15,961 nt of DNA from a bacterium (GCA_041946805.1 JBHGBC010000145.1:1-15961); one strand, 5' to 3'. Counted from the stretch's first letter, positions 1-8,006 are shown. Translations and numbers: made by a program. The notes: generated by a model from the sequence alone, not told the origin.

Positions 1-144
1 GATATCGGCGAAACGAACATCATGACGGCCGCCTGCTTTTCACCGGATGACCGGCAATTGTACATAGCAGGGATCGACCGGAAGATTTACGTCTTCGACA
101 GCCATTTGCCTTCGCATACGCCGGGGTGGGAGGTGTACCCGTAA
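1..144 (+). CDS. 3' end of a WD40/beta-propeller repeat protein (partial, starts upstream of the window)
   Basis: Frame +1 translates DIGETNIMTAACFSPDDRQLYIAGIDRKIYVFDSHLPSHTPGWEVYP, stop TAA at 142-144. 'ACFSPDDRQLYIAGIDRKIYVFD' matches a WD40 blade pattern (FSPDG..L..GxDxxIxxWD). Confidence 0.75.
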   Translation, partial: DIGETNIMTAACFSPDDRQLYIAGIDRKIYVFDSHLPSHTPGWEVYP

Positions 145-175
145 GCAATGCGTTGATGGAATGATAATAGGAGTT

Positions 176-209
176 GATGGCTTACGCCCCGCGGGCTAAT
201 CCATCCTAC
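176..209 (-). repeat. REP-like hairpin, GTAG-footed (GATGG...CCATCCTAC family)
   Basis: gatggcttacgccccgcgggctaatccatcctac; imperfect stem ending CCTAC (GTAGG on the - strand); related copies at 4536-4569 and 8041-8076. Confidence 0.7.
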
Positions 210-319
210 ACAATACACACTGACCTTTACCACACCGTTTCGATTGAATCCCGCGGATATTTCCCCCTCCTTGTTCAAATCTTTCTTGTGATCTTTTCCT
301 CCCGCCTGATCGAAGCCGC

Positions 320-349
320 TTGATCTGGAGTGATACCTTGCCGTAGAGT
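320..349 (+). promoter_or_regulatory. possible sigma70-type promoter for the first oxidoreductase
   Basis: TTGATC (320-325), 18-nt spacer, TAGAGT (344-349), upstream of RBS AGGAG (408-412). Consensus match only. Confidence 0.3.
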
Positions 350-425
350 AACAGGGACGCATTCCGTGACGTCATGTTTTCAAAAATTTCAGCCATGATT
401 TGAAATCAGGAGTACAGGTGCAACC

Positions 426-1706
426 ATGAATAAAAATCGAATCTCCCGGAGAGACTTTCTCCAAAAATCCGCCGCCGGACTCGGCGCGGCGGGTTTCTTC
501 ACCCTGGTCCCCCGCCATGCCCTGGGGGCCACCGGCCGGCCGGCTCCCAATGACGAGCTGACCCGCGCGGTCATCGGCGTGGGCGGCATGGGACAAGGCC
601 ACCTGCGCTATCCCGGCGCGCGGCTGGTGGCGGTATGCGACGTGGATGAGCAGCACTTGCGCTCGACCCTGGAACGCGTGGACGACCCGGACGTGAAAGG
701 CTACAAGGATTTCCGGGAAGTACTGGAGCGCACGGACATCGACGTCGTCCACATCCCCACGCCTCCCCACTGGCACGCGCTGATCTCGATCGCCGCGGCC
801 GAAGCGGGCAAGGACATCTGGTGCGAGAAGCCCATGACCCGGACCATCGGCGAGGGCCGCAAGGTCATCGAGGCGGTCCAGCGCAACGGGCGGATTTTCC
901 GTATCAACACCTGGTTCCGTTTCGAGGACACGTTTTACGGCTTCGGCACGCCGGTGAAGCCGATCAAGAAACTGGTCCAGAGCGGCATGCTGGGCTGGCC
1001 GCTCAAGGCGGCCGTCTGCGGCGAGACGGGCTTCGATTGGAAATTCTATTGGAGCGGCCGCACCGACTTGATTCCCGAAGCGGTCCCGCCGCCGCTCGAT
1101 TACAACTTCTGGCTGGGACCGGCCCCGTTCAAGCCGTATCATCCCCACCGGGTGCATGGCACGTTCCGGGGCTACTGGGACTACGACGGCGGCGGGCTGG
1201 GCGACATGGGGCAGCATTACCTCGATCCCGTGCAGTACATATTGGGCAAGGACGACACCAGCCCGGTGGAGATCGAAGTGGACGCCCCCCAGCAGCATTA
1301 CGACGCCGTGGGCTCGTGGCGGCGCATCGTGTTCCGTTACGCCGACGGCTGCGAGATCATCCTGGACGGCGAGAATCAACAGAAAAACGTGCCCTTCCTC
1401 GAAGGCCCAGAAGGAAAGCTGTACAAGCAATTCGAATCGGACATCCCGGACCTCAAAAAGAAACTGGCCGCGTTTCCCGATCCCGAACCGCAACTCACCG
1501 ACTTCGAGAAAGCGGTGCGGACGCGCCAGAAATTCGCCCTGGACGAATGCAAGGCCTTCCGCTCGTGCACGCTGGTGAACCTGGGCAAGATCGCCGTCCG
1601 CCTCGGCCGTAATCTGAAGTTCGATCCGGAGCGGTTGCAATTCATCGGCGATGACGCGGCCAACCGCCTGGTTGATGAACCCATGCGCGCGCCCTGGCAT
1701 TTGTAA
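426..1706 (+). CDS. Tat-exported Gfo/Idh/MocA family NAD(P)-dependent oxidoreductase (426 aa)
   Basis: Twin-arginine signal SRRDFLQK; Rossmann AVIGVGGMG; VCDVD; PTPPHWH; CEKP motif; WLGPAP and GGGLGDMGQHYLD; C-terminal RAPW; AGGAG RBS upstream. Confidence 0.95.
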   Translation: MNKNRISRRDFLQKSAAGLGAAGFFTLVPRHALGATGRPAPNDELTRAVIGVGGMGQGHLRYPGARLVAVCDVDEQHLRSTLERVDDPDVKGYKDFREVLERTDIDVVHIPTPPHWHALISIAAAEAGKDIWCEKPMTRTIGEGRKVIEAVQRNGRIFRINTWFRFEDTFYGFGTPVKPIKKLVQSGMLGWPLKAAVCGETGFDWKFYWSGRTDLIPEAVPPPLDYNFWLGPAPFKPYHPHRVHGTFRGYWDYDGGGLGDMGQHYLDPVQYILGKDDTSPVEIEVDAPQQHYDAVGSWRRIVFRYADGCEIILDGENQQKNVPFLEGPEGKLYKQFESDIPDLKKKLAAFPDPEPQLTDFEKAVRTRQKFALDECKAFRSCTLVNLGKIAVRLGRNLKFDPERLQFIGDDAANRLVDEPMRAPWHL

Positions 1707-1724
1707 GCCGGGCGGGCGATTTTG

Positions 1725-1875
1725 ATTCACCGCCGAGACGCCGAGGGCGCGGAGAGCAGGATGTTTGGATCAGGATAGCCAGGATGAAGATGGTCGTGGA
1801 TAAGGATCGGGGCGGACACCTAGGTCCGCCCCTACAAAAGTTCCCTCACCCTGGCCCTCTCCCAGAGGGAGAGGG
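1725..1875. repeat. intergenic mosaic 1 of short repeat elements
   Basis: ATTCACCGCCGAGACGCCGAGGGCGCGGA (1725-1753); CAGGAT at 1757, 1771 and 1780; REP hairpin GGGGCGGAC-acctag-GTCCGCCCC-TAC (1809-1835); BoxC-like CCCTCACCCTGGCCCTCTCCCAGAGGGAGAGGG (1843-1875). Confidence 0.85.
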
Positions 1876-1928
1876 AATTCGTTCTCGATCGGATGTACCA
1901 AAAAGTTAACCAAGGAGATAACCAACTC

Positions 1929-4451
1929 ATGCATCGATATGCAAAAATCCTAATACCGTTGTTACTTCTATCTTTTGTCAGCGGCGTCATGCTGATGGGA
2001 TCCGCCGCCGCGCAGGACGCCGGCGCCGCGGAGATTTTGAAACGCCTCCCGGCCCAGAATTCAGCCGAAACCGAGGAAATCGCCAAGCAAATCCTGCAAC
2101 TCGGCCCGGCGGCCATTCAGGAGATTTGCGGCCAGCTGGTTCCGCCCGGCGGAGGCAACGACACCCCGGCGCGGTTCGCTCTCAGCGGGCTGGTCCAGTG
2201 CGTGGCGCGGGGGGGTTCGGAAGAGGCGCGCGCGATGGTCTCCAACGCTTTGATCGCGGCCTTGGGTTCCGCCACGGATCCGGAAGTCAAGGCGTTTCTG
2301 ATCAGCCAACTGCAGCTGGCCGCGCGGGACGAAGCTGTGGAAGCGCTGGGCGGCTATCTGGCGGACGAGCGGCTCTCCGATCCCGCCGCGCGGGCCTTGC
2401 AGGCCATCGGCGCCCCGGCCGCCGAGGCCAAGTTGCTCGAGGCCCTCTCCGCCGCCACGGACGTCAACCGTGTTACGTTGATCGATGCCGCGGGGCGTTT
2501 CCGGAGCGAAAGGGCAGTGGAGGCCATTACACCCTTCGCCGCGAATGACAACCGCGAAACCCGCCTGGCGGCCCTCTACGCGCTGGCCAACATCGGCCAT
2601 CCCTCTTCGGCGGATATCCTGGCCCAGGCGGCGAAAGTGGAAGCGGATTACGAACGCGCCCAGGCGCTCTCGTTCTATCTGCTCTACGCGCGGAGGCGGG
2701 CCGAGGCGGGAGACGCCGCGGCGTGCGAAAAAATCGGCCGGGAACTGCTCGGCCATCCCCAAGTCAACGTGCAATGCGCGGCGCTGGCGACCCTGGTTTC
2801 GGTGCTGGGCAATAACGCGCTGCCCGATCTGCTCGCCGCGATGAAAAGCGATTCCGGGCCCTTCCGGGAAGCGGCGCTGGCGCTGGCGGCGCGGATCCCC
2901 GGCGAGGAGGCCACGAAACAATGGATCGAATTACTCCCCAATGCTTCCGCCCCGGCGCGGGTGGAACTCATCCGCATGCTGGGCAAGCGCGGCGACGCTG
3001 CCGCGTTGCCGGCGGTGATGAAGGCGCTCAAGGATGAAGATCCCGGCGCGCGGGTGGCGGCCATCACCGCGTGCACACGCCTCGGCGGCAATGAAGCGCT
3101 TCCCTCGCTGATGGCGGTGACGCAATCCACCACGAACCCCGATGAAGTGAACGCCATGAAGGAAGCCTTGCTCAGCCTGCCGATGAAACGCACCCTGCCG
3201 GTGGTCTCGGCGGCCCTGTACCTCGTTTCTTCGCCCATGCGCGTGGCGTTGATCGAGTATCTCGCCGAACGCCGCGCCGAAGACCAGGCGGAGAAGGTGT
3301 TCGCGTTGACGCAGGATCCCGATCCCGCGGTGCGGGTGGCGGCCCTCCGGGCCCTCGAGCACGTGGCGGGTGAAAAAGACTTGTCCCGCCTGGTGGACTT
3401 GATGCTGGTGGCCCGTTCCGAGGATGAACGCCACGCCGCCCAAAAAAGCGTGGTGGCCCTTGCGAATGCAATCCCCGAATCAGGTCCGCGCGCGGACGCG
3501 GTGATCCAGGCGTTGGAGCAATTGAACACGCGGCGGTCCGCCCTGCTCGAAACCATGGCCTGGATCGGTGGAGGCAAGGCGTTGGACGCGGTCACGCGGG
3601 AACTGCGAAGCGCCGATCCCGCCACGCAAACCGCCGCTCTTCAGGCTCTCGCATCCTGGAAAGACACCAGCGCCATCGAGCGGTTGTGTTCCCTGCTGGA
3701 AGATCAATCCCTGCGTGACATGGCCGCCGCGGCCCTGGTGAAAATCATTGTTCCAGGTGAATACGATGACGATGGCAAGCGAAGCCCTGCGGCCTACAAA
3801 GCGCTCGAGACGCTCATCGAAAAAATCCAGGACGCGGATCTCATCGCCCAGGCCCGCAAACACCTCCTCACCCGCTGGGAGGATGAAGAAGGATTCGTTT
3901 CGCTCTTCAACGGCCAGGACTTGACCGGTTGGGTCGGCGACACCAAGGGGTACCTCGTCGAAGACGGGAAGATCGTCTGCAAGCCTGGCGGCAACTTGTA
4001 CACCGAGAAGGAATACCGCGATTTCGCGTTCCGGTTTGAATTCAAACTCACGCCGGGAGCGAACAACGGCCTGGGCATCCGCGCTCCGCTCGAAGGCGAT
4101 TCCGCCTACCGGGGAATGGAAATCCAGATCATCGACAACACCTCCCCCATCTACAAGGACATCTTCCCCTGGCAGGTCCATGGTTCCGTGTATGGCGCCG
4201 TACCCGCCAAACGGGGATACCTCAATCCAGTGGGTGAATGGAACCAGGAGGAAGTGATCGCCCGGGGCATGCAGATCACCGTGATCCTCAACGGCGTGAC
4301 CATCGTGGATGCGGACATCGAAAAAGCCAGCGCCAACGGAACCATCGACGGGCATGATCATCCCGGCCTGAAAAATGAAAAAGGCCATATCGGCTTCCTC
4401 GGTCACGGTTCGGTGGTGGAGTTCAGGAATATCCGCGTCAAGGAGTTGTAG
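1929..4451 (+). CDS. secreted HEAT-repeat protein with C-terminal DUF1080 (3-keto-disaccharide hydrolase-like) domain (840 aa)
   Basis: ATG 1929 follows AAGGAGA (1912-1918) and gives a clean Sec signal (MHRYAKILIPLLLLSFV...AAA|QD). Many Ala/Leu-rich HEAT/PBS-lyase repeats (e.g. ALKDEDPGARVAAITAC, DPDPAVRVAALRAL). From about 3885: GFVSLFNGQDLTGW, FEFK, NNGLGIR, EIQIIDN, GSVYG, GEWN, GHIGFLGH, VEFRNIRVKEL, all DUF1080 hallmarks. Confidence 0.92.
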   Translation: MHRYAKILIPLLLLSFVSGVMLMGSAAAQDAGAAEILKRLPAQNSAETEEIAKQILQLGPAAIQEICGQLVPPGGGNDTPARFALSGLVQCVARGGSEEARAMVSNALIAALGSATDPEVKAFLISQLQLAARDEAVEALGGYLADERLSDPAARALQAIGAPAAEAKLLEALSAATDVNRVTLIDAAGRFRSERAVEAITPFAANDNRETRLAALYALANIGHPSSADILAQAAKVEADYERAQALSFYLLYARRRAEAGDAAACEKIGRELLGHPQVNVQCAALATLVSVLGNNALPDLLAAMKSDSGPFREAALALAARIPGEEATKQWIELLPNASAPARVELIRMLGKRGDAAALPAVMKALKDEDPGARVAAITACTRLGGNEALPSLMAVTQSTTNPDEVNAMKEALLSLPMKRTLPVVSAALYLVSSPMRVALIEYLAERRAEDQAEKVFALTQDPDPAVRVAALRALEHVAGEKDLSRLVDLMLVARSEDERHAAQKSVVALANAIPESGPRADAVIQALEQLNTRRSALLETMAWIGGGKALDAVTRELRSADPATQTAALQALASWKDTSAIERLCSLLEDQSLRDMAAAALVKIIVPGEYDDDGKRSPAAYKALETLIEKIQDADLIAQARKHLLTRWEDEEGFVSLFNGQDLTGWVGDTKGYLVEDGKIVCKPGGNLYTEKEYRDFAFRFEFKLTPGANNGLGIRAPLEGDSAYRGMEIQIIDNTSPIYKDIFPWQVHGSVYGAVPAKRGYLNPVGEWNQEEVIARGMQITVILNGVTIVDADIEKASANGTIDGHDHPGLKNEKGHIGFLGHGSVVEFRNIRVKEL

Positions 4452-4495
4452 CCGGATTGTTTTTTTCCCGTAGGAGAGGGGATTGGTTGTTCTCT

Positions 4496-4997
4496 GAATC
4501 AGGATGGTCAGGATGAACAGGATGACCATGATAATGACGGGTTGTGTGCGGTGCGCTACCCCATCCTACTAAACTGGGGCAACCCGCCGGTCGCCCTTTC
4601 AATACAAGGCAAGGTTATGAAATGCAGGGGCGGATCTTCGTGTCCGCCCTTTCTTTTCTGATTCCTCCCCCGAAGACCGGGACAGGTTAGGAGGGGGTTG
4701 AAAACGGAGGGTGGTTTGAGACTCCATAACCTCAAACAATTTCCGCGCCCTCCGCGTCTCGGCGGTGAATGTGGTTTTTCTCCCTCTCCCCCCGGGAGAG
4801 GGCCGGGGTGAGGGAATTTGTGATGCGGGCATCCTTGCCTGCAATCAATCCCGCGGGATCGAGGTAAATCAATGCGCCTCCTCCGGGATTGGTGCTCTTT
4901 TTCCGAAACCGTAGGCTACCGCCTGTGGCTATTCACATACATCCCCTGTGGGGATGAAATACTGGAGGAATCCATTCAATCCAAAATCCGCCCCTGC
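4496..4997. repeat. intergenic mosaic 2 of short repeat elements (largest)
   Basis: CAGGATG x3 at 9-nt period (4500, 4509, 4518); REP-like 4536-4569, 4577-4596, 4624-4649 and 4825-4842; CCTCCCCC...GGAGGGGG element 4664-4697; inverted copy of 1725-1753 at 4742-4770; BoxC-like 4782-4814; double-hairpin/GCTA element 4877-4956; partial REP TCCGCCCCTGC 4987-4997. Confidence 0.85.
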
Positions 4998-5098
4998 ATG
5001 TTTACTTTCTCGTTCAAATGTCCGACAATCAGGCGTCGATTGCATCGGCGAATCATCTTGGAGGGCCGGCCCGGGCCGGTAGTAAGGGGAGACTCGTT

Positions 5099-6379
5099 AT
5101 GACCATTTCCAAACAGACCTCACGGCGCACCTTTCTGAAACAATCCACCGCCGCGTTGGGCGGCGTCACCGCCTTTCATGTGTTTCCCGCGCGGGTGATC
5201 GGCCAGGACGGCCAGCCAGCGCCCAGTGACGCGATCGTGCTGGGCAATATCGGCGTGGGCGGCCGCGGCTCGGCGTTTGTGCGTCCGGGCATGACCGCCG
5301 CCGTCTGCGACGTGGATGAAAACCACCTGAAAGCGGCGGGCGAACGGATGCAGGGCAAGGCGGCGCTGTACAAGGACTACCGCGAGCTGCTGGACCGCCA
5401 GGACATCGACGCGGTGACCATCGGCACGCCCGACCACTGGCACGGTTTGATGACTGTCCATGCCTGCGAGGCCGGCAAGGACGTGTACGTGGAAAAGCCG
5501 GCCTGTGTCTATATCGAGGAAGGCCAGGCCATGCTCGCCGCCGCCCGGCGTTACGCGCGCGTGGTCCAGGTTGGCTCGCAGGGCCGCTCCACCGACGCCG
5601 CCTACCACGCCTGCCGCTACATCCGCAACAGCAATCTGGGCAAGGTGAGCAAGGTGACCTGCTGGCATTACGAGAATCCGGTCGGCGATTGGACTCCCAA
5701 CGCCACCCCTCCGCCGGAACTGGATTGGGACCTGTGGCTGGGGCCGGCGCGCTGGATGCCCTACAATCCCAACAAGGTGCACTTCAATTTCCGCTGGCTG
5801 CTGGATTTCGGCGGCGGCCAGATCCGCGACCGCGGCGCGCACGTGATGAGTGTCGCTCTCTGGTGCATGAACGCCGACCAGCAAGGGCCGGTCAGCGTCA
5901 CGGCCACCGGCGAGCCGCCCCATGAGGGCATCTGGAACTGCCCGCCCACCATGGACATCACCTACGAATTCAAGAATCCCGACTGGACCATGACCTGGAG
6001 CCAGCCCGGTGAAAAATTGCTGGACGCCGCCTTCGGGGCTAAGTACTGGGGCGACAAGGACACTCTTATCGTCACCGGCGGCGACGGCGGCTGCGGCACG
6101 GAAGAAAAAGCCATGAAATACACCCCGCCGGCCGATGGGGTGGAAGTCTTCAAAAGTCCCGGCCATTTCGAGAACTGGCTGGATTGCATCAAGACACGCG
6201 AGAAGCCGCTCATGGATATCGAGGCGGGCTACCGGGTTGCCGTCTTGTGCATCCTCGGCAATATCTCCTACCGCCTGGGACGCAAACTGGAGTGGGACGC
6301 CGAAAAAGAGCAGGTGATCAACGACGACGAGGCCAACCGGTTCCTGAAACTCGTCGGCCGCGGGCCGTGGAATCTCTAA
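5099..6379 (+). CDS. second Tat-exported Gfo/Idh/MocA family oxidoreductase (426 aa)
   Basis: ATG 5099 preceded by AAGGGGAG; twin-arginine SRRTFLKQ; IGVGGRG; VCDVD; GTPDHWH; YVEKP; VQVGSQGRS; WDLWLGPA; FRW..DFGGGQIRDRGAH; HFENWLDCIKTR; C-terminal RGPW. Confidence 0.95.
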   Translation: MTISKQTSRRTFLKQSTAALGGVTAFHVFPARVIGQDGQPAPSDAIVLGNIGVGGRGSAFVRPGMTAAVCDVDENHLKAAGERMQGKAALYKDYRELLDRQDIDAVTIGTPDHWHGLMTVHACEAGKDVYVEKPACVYIEEGQAMLAAARRYARVVQVGSQGRSTDAAYHACRYIRNSNLGKVSKVTCWHYENPVGDWTPNATPPPELDWDLWLGPARWMPYNPNKVHFNFRWLLDFGGGQIRDRGAHVMSVALWCMNADQQGPVSVTATGEPPHEGIWNCPPTMDITYEFKNPDWTMTWSQPGEKLLDAAFGAKYWGDKDTLIVTGGDGGCGTEEKAMKYTPPADGVEVFKSPGHFENWLDCIKTREKPLMDIEAGYRVAVLCILGNISYRLGRKLEWDAEKEQVINDDEANRFLKLVGRGPWNL

Positions 6380-6423
6380 CTCCATGCGCGGATGGACACG
6401 GCGGTGCAACGCGGAGGCGGAAC

Positions 6424-6457
6424 ACCGGCACGGGGAGTGATCTCCGTGCCGGTTTTT
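6424..6457 (+). terminator. intrinsic (Rho-independent) terminator
   Basis: ACCGGCACGGGGA-gtga-TCTCCGTGCCGGT: 13-bp stem (one G-U) followed by TTTT, about 45 nt after the oxidoreductase stop. Confidence 0.7.
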
Positions 6458-6485
6458 GTGAAGGCCGTCCAGGGGAGGGCAGGGC

Positions 6486-7025
6486 ATGAGCAAGCAACAA
6501 GTGGCGATGTTGGCGTGCCGGATTCTGGCCCTCTACGCGTTTATGCAGGGTGTGCTCCGGTTCGCCTCGATGGGGATGGTTCCGTTTTATCTGCAAAGCC
6601 CCACGCCGGGCGCGCGGGAATTGATCATGGCCATGTCCGCCGCGTTCCCGTCGTTGTGCATGCTGACTTTCTCGGCGGCGCTATGGATCTTCGCCAGCCG
6701 GATCGCGTATTACATGACCATGGACATGCCCCCGGGCGAGGCCTGGAACAACATCCAGGCCGACACCGTGTTGCGCATGGGTATTGTGGTTTGCGGACTG
6801 ATGCTTCTGGTGAACGCCTTTACGGACATTTCGGGATTGCTGATTTTTCTAATGATTAATGGCCTTCAGCCAATGCGGATGGGTGAGTTGGAAGTGGCCC
6901 TCCGGCCGCTCACCGAGTCGATCGCCTTCTTGCTTAAACTCGCCATCGGCGCGTGGTTCGCCGCGCGGCCCCGTCAAGTCATCCGGTTTCTGCGAAGGCG
7001 GATGGGCGAGGACCACGGGGCATGA
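6486..7025 (+). CDS. hypothetical integral membrane protein, about 4 TM helices (179 aa)
   Basis: GGGGAGGG RBS upstream; four hydrophobic segments; basic C-terminal tail (RFLRRR); no family I can name. Confidence 0.8.
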   Translation: MSKQQVAMLACRILALYAFMQGVLRFASMGMVPFYLQSPTPGARELIMAMSAAFPSLCMLTFSAALWIFASRIAYYMTMDMPPGEAWNNIQADTVLRMGIVVCGLMLLVNAFTDISGLLIFLMINGLQPMRMGELEVALRPLTESIAFLLKLAIGAWFAARPRQVIRFLRRRMGEDHGA

Positions 7026-7063
7026 AGCAGACCTTCCTGGATGATGAAGAACCGGTAACCGTT

Positions 7064-7127
7064 CCCTTCTTCCTTTGGGAGAGGGCAAGGGAAGGGAAAT
7101 TGGCAGGGGCGGACCTTTGTATCCGCC
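7064..7127. repeat. intergenic mosaic 3 (degenerate BoxC-like plus REP)
   Basis: CCCTTCTTCCTTTGGGAGAGGGCAAGGGAAGGG (7064-7096); GCAGGGGCGGACCTTTGTATCCGCC (7103-7127), same family as 1809-1835 and 4624-4649. Confidence 0.75.
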
Positions 7128-7191
7128 GGTACGAGGAAGTGAATTGATTGCATCTTCCCCATCAAGTACGCACTGGCCCCATGAGCCGGTT

Positions 7192-7980
7192 TCATTGCAG
7201 TGCAAAGCTACCGCGCACCGGCACTCCCCGTTCATGTAGATACTGTTTGATCTGGGGAATGGTGTAGGCGCCGAAGTGGATCATGGAGGCTACGATGGCG
7301 GCGTCGGCCTTGCCCTCGGTGAAGACGTCGTAAAGGTGTTCCGGTGTTCCCCCGCCGCCGCTGGCGATCACGGGAATGCCCACCGCTTCGGCGATCATCC
7401 GGGTCAGGTGAAGTTCATATCCGTCTTGCTTGCCATCCGCGTCGATGCTGTTGACCACCAACTCACCGGCGCCCAGTTCTTCACCCTGTTTGGCCCAGGC
7501 GAGCGCGTCGAGGCCCACCGGCTTCCGGCCCCCGTTGATATAGATTTCGTATCCGGAGGGAATCGTGTCGCTGGGGGAGACTTTTTTCACGTCCATACTC
7601 AGCACAAGGCACTGGCTGCCGAAGGCCTTCGCGCCTTGGGAGATAATGCCGGGATTCAAGACCGCTGACGAATTGACGCTCACTTTTTCGGCCCCGGCCA
7701 GCAACGCCCGCCGCATGTCGTCGTATGTCCGCAGCCCGCCTCCCACCGAGAAGGGAATGTAGATTTCCTCGGCCGTCCGGCTGACTACGTCGATCATGAT
7801 GTCCCGCCGGTCGCTGCTGGCGGTGATATCGTAAAAGACGACCTCGTCCGCGCCTTCGTCATAATACTTCTTGGCCATCGCCACCGGATCGCCGATGTCG
7901 ATGTTGTTCTTGAATTCCACGCCCTTGGTCACCTGCCCGGCGCGCACATCCAGGCAGGGGATGATCCGTTTGGTCAGCAC
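7192..7980 (-). CDS. hisF: imidazole glycerol phosphate synthase cyclase subunit
   Basis: GTG start; [64 protein letters not shown]; catalytic Asp positions (CLD, SMD) intact. Confidence 0.97.
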   Translation of the reverse strand: MLTKRIIPCLDVRAGQVTKGVEFKNNIDIGDPVAMAKKYYDEGADEVVFYDITASSDRRDIMIDVVSRTAEEIYIPFSVGGGLRTYDDMRRALLAGAEKVSVNSSAVLNPGIISQGAKAFGSQCLVLSMDVKKVSPSDTIPSGYEIYINGGRKPVGLDALAWAKQGEELGAGELVVNSIDADGKQDGYELHLTRMIAEAVGIPVIASGGGGTPEHLYDVFTEGKADAAIVASMIHFGAYTIPQIKQYLHERGVPVRGSFALQ

Positions 7981-8006
7981 GGGTTTCTTCTTTCAATTCG
8001 ATGGAT

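Noticed and set aside
372..1730. 452-aa minus-strand ORF (likewise 2061-2921, 2684-3625, 3480-4529, 5120-6493, 9367-10278, 14500-15765)
   Set aside because: Antisense shadows of well-supported GC-rich genes; no recognisable motifs.
1893..1928. Upstream ATG for the HEAT-DUF1080 gene given by the ORF track
   Set aside because: ATG 1929 has the AAGGAGA RBS and places the signal peptide at the N-terminus.
1725..4814. Composite transposon or MITE bounded by inverted repeats
   Set aside because: Module order on the two sides is not a mirror image; no target-site duplication or transposase is visible.
4496..4997. Repeat mosaics as a CRISPR array or integron attC cassette array
   Set aside because: No identical direct repeats with regular spacers, no cas or integrase gene, and no consistent RYYYAAC/GTTRRRY ends.
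5018..5098. Upstream ATG for the second oxidoreductase
   Set aside because: ATG 5099 has an RBS and puts the twin-arginine motif at the normal distance from the start.
4599..5102. Small ORFs 4599-4844 and 4872-5102 (also 1832-2116, 7871-8245, 12034-12282)
   Set aside because: They largely translate the repeat modules (PSPRPSPGGRG, LSLWER, ALTPALSPRERE) or overlap real genes; not credible proteins.
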